7,986 nucleotides of DNA, from NCBI RefSeq assembly GCF_006345805.1, contig NW_021828700.1:1-7986 (forward strand), given 5' to 3'. Made by a program: the position numbers and the translations under genes. This stretch comes from Octopus sinensis. Taxonomy: Eukaryota. The notes under the pieces were generated by a model. The model was not told the DNA's origin, did no database searches, and saw nothing but the letters and a program-made list of their open reading frames with translations. Below are positions 6,055 to 7,986 of the stretch, one piece after another (within the stretch, counting starts at the first letter, position 1; each line of letters starts with the position of its first letter).

Positions 6055-6498
6055 AATTCAATTTTTTCTGCGCGCACACACAAACATATGCGTACAATCC
6101 TGTGAATGGATAGGACATACACACACATACAGACAAACAGAGAGCCACACCCTTGTGAGTGAACAAAGCAATGCCCATAATCCTTGCGTTCCTTGCCAGA
6201 CTGTCGTGAGATTGGTGCTGTTGTTATTAAGCGCTACAATAAATGAGCGACTAGGCAAGCGGATTATCGGACCCAAATGTTTGTAACAAATTGAATGATT
6301 CGATAAACTTCGTTGAAGGTACCCAGGTGGATTAGACCATTTAAGAGGTACGAGTCTTGACTTGGCCACAGTTACAACATTATGGAATGTATAGAGTAAA
6401 ATATGAGGTTTCGCTCTGAATTGGTTATCTGCTACCTTGTGCACTCGAATCAATCCATTGGCGGTTCTCTGCTACGAAAAAAAAATTCCAGATATTAA

Positions 6499-6790
6499 GC
6501 GCAGGCGTGGTTGTGTGGTAAGAAGTTTGGTTACTGCACAACATGTTTCGGGTTCAGTTCCACTCTGTGGCATCTTGGACAAGTGTCTTCTACTATAGCC
6601 ATGGGACTGACCAAAGCTCTGTGAATGGATTTGGCCGACGGAAACTGAAATAAGCCCTCATAGTTGTAAGCGTGCGTTGCTGTGTGTATGTGTGTGTGTG
6701 TGTGTGTGTGTTTGTTTAAGTCCCTGTAAATTAGCGAATCGCCAAAAGTAGCCGATACAATCAATACCAAATTTAAAAAAATAATAATAC
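6499..6790 (+). mobile_element. SINE family 1 copy with intact head, internal (TG)n and degraded, truncated tail
   Basis: Starts GCGCAGGCGTGGTTGTGTGGTAAGAAG, B-box-like GGTTCAGTTCC (6551-6561), GTGTCTTCTACTATAGCC, (TG)n ~6681-6710, then a diverged tail fragment. Confidence 0.85.
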
Positions 6791-6791
6791 G

Positions 6792-6916
6792 AACCACGTG
6801 GTTCCGGGTTCAGTCCCATTGCGACGCACCTTGGGCAAATGTCTTCTACTATAGTCTCGGGCCGACCAAAGCCGTGTGAGTGGATTTGGTAGACGAAACT
6901 GAAAGAAGCCGTCGTA

Positions 6917-6994
<78 letters not shown>

Positions 6995-7243
6995 TGTGCG
7001 CGCGCGTGCGTGTGTGTGTGTGTGTGTGTGTGTGTATGTTTGCGTGTCTGTGTTTATTTCCCCAACATCGCTTGCCAACCGATGCTGGTGTGCTTAAATC
7101 CCCGTAACGTAGCTGTTCGGCATAAGAGACTGATATAATAAGTACTAGGCTTACAAAGAATAAGTCTTGGCGTCGATCTGCTCGACTAAAGCGGTGCTCC
7201 AGCATGGCCACAGTCAAATGACTGAAACAAGTAAAAGAGTAAG
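6792..7243 (+). mobile_element. SINE family 1 copy lacking the first ~35 nt, with a long internal (TA)n(TG)n
   Basis: B-box-like GGTTCAGTCCC (6807-6817), shared body, microsatellite 6915-7052, and a tail collinear with 1-180. Confidence 0.9.
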
Positions 7244-7337
7244 TACTGGGATCGAAACATTCAACTAAAAATTCTTCGAGCGGTGCCCCTGCGTGGCCGC
7301 AGCCAAATGGCTGTAGCAAGTAGGAAAATGAAGAATA
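7244..7337 (+). mobile_element. Second, more diverged SINE family 1 tail fragment directly after the previous copy
   Basis: TACTGGGATCGA..TTCAACTAAA..GCGGTGCCCCTGCGTGGCCGCAGCCAAATGGCTGTAGCAAGTAGGAAAATGAAGAATA parallels 7165-7243. Confidence 0.7.
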
Positions 7338-7630
7338 TTCGATAAGCAACGCGGGAGACCTCAATGTAGTCTCTCGATCCGCCACAAATAAACACTGAAT
7401 CTCTCACTCTCTCTTAACACACTGTGCCGTCTTAAGAAAGATCCACAGCCATTGGACATTTTAGTTACATACACAACAGACGTGGGAATGTGTTGGATTG
7501 TAGCTGCGATGCAGCAGCGCTAATATTGAGGTCAAACCACAACAACCCACTTCATTGCACACGACGTGAGAACCTCGTTGTTGGGAACCGGTGGGGAAAA
7601 TAACAGCCAAAGGCCAAATATTTTTGGGAA

Positions 7631-7708
7631 ATATCTATATATATATATTATATATATATATATATATATCTATATATATATATATATTTATATATATTTA
7701 TATATATT
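7631..7708. repeat. Interrupted (TA)n microsatellite
   Basis: Read directly. Confidence 0.95.
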
Positions 7709-7772
7709 TCTCGTCTTGCAAAAACTAAAAGAGGAAAGGCATACATATTGGGCAATATGATTGTAAATCTAC

Positions 7773-7903
7773 AAAGAGACGGGTCTAAGGCTGTGGCAGG
7801 AATGTCTTTGATCGTAGGACTGTTCAACGAAAGCTGATCTTGGGCTAAGAAACTACAACAAAAGCAAGAACAACAGTAACGGCAGCAGTAGCAAAAACAA
7901 CAA
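7773..7903 (+). mobile_element. Possible 3' tail of another retroposon followed by a degenerate (CAA/CAG)n tail
   Basis: AAAGAGACGGGTCTAAGGCTGTGGCAGGAATGTCTTTGATCGTAGG..GCTGATCTTGGGCTAA resembles an octopod repeat end I recall from memory and is followed by a CAA-rich simple tail. There is no second copy in the window to confirm it. Confidence 0.35.
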
Positions 7904-7986
7904 TATGTTCTGTAAATGTACAAAGCTGTCTTTGGCAAGATACAACGGCCAGTTCCAAGAAAACCAATAGGTCGCCATTGTTGTTG

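Noticed and set aside
6058-6453. 131-aa minus-strand ORF in largely unique sequence
   Set aside because: No recognisable motif, a non-ATG start, a C-terminal part from a CA/TG tract, and no supporting splice signals identified.
7352-7383. Small hairpin GAGAC/GTCTC with outer GCGG/CCGC
   Set aside because: The stems are too short and interrupted to distinguish from chance.

Overview
This is an AT-rich, repeat-dense stretch of animal genomic DNA, most likely intronic. The repeat families resemble ones I recall from octopod cephalopods; that is recognition from memory, not a database result. No complete protein-coding gene, rRNA, genuine tRNA gene or CRISPR array is supported, and almost all ORFs in the track are translations of microsatellites or SINEs. 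The window contains: (i) several copies of two tRNA-headed SINE-like families in both orientations, plus a CORE-like SINE fragment; (ii) two diverged head-to-tail copies of a ~505-550 bp element (2554-3058, 3151-3702), each bounded by (AAT)n, with shared ends and no ORF, TIR or tRNA head; (iii) degenerate minimal type I hammerhead-ribozyme-like motifs between (TA)n tracts at ~970-1500, the signature of Penelope-like retroelement termini; (iv) a ~100 bp TA-flanked fold-back element; (v) a candidate 172-nt + strand exon (1979-2150) with good branch, acceptor and donor signals; (vi) many simple and compound microsatellites. The (AAT)n-embedded element and the hammerhead relics are the most interesting features.
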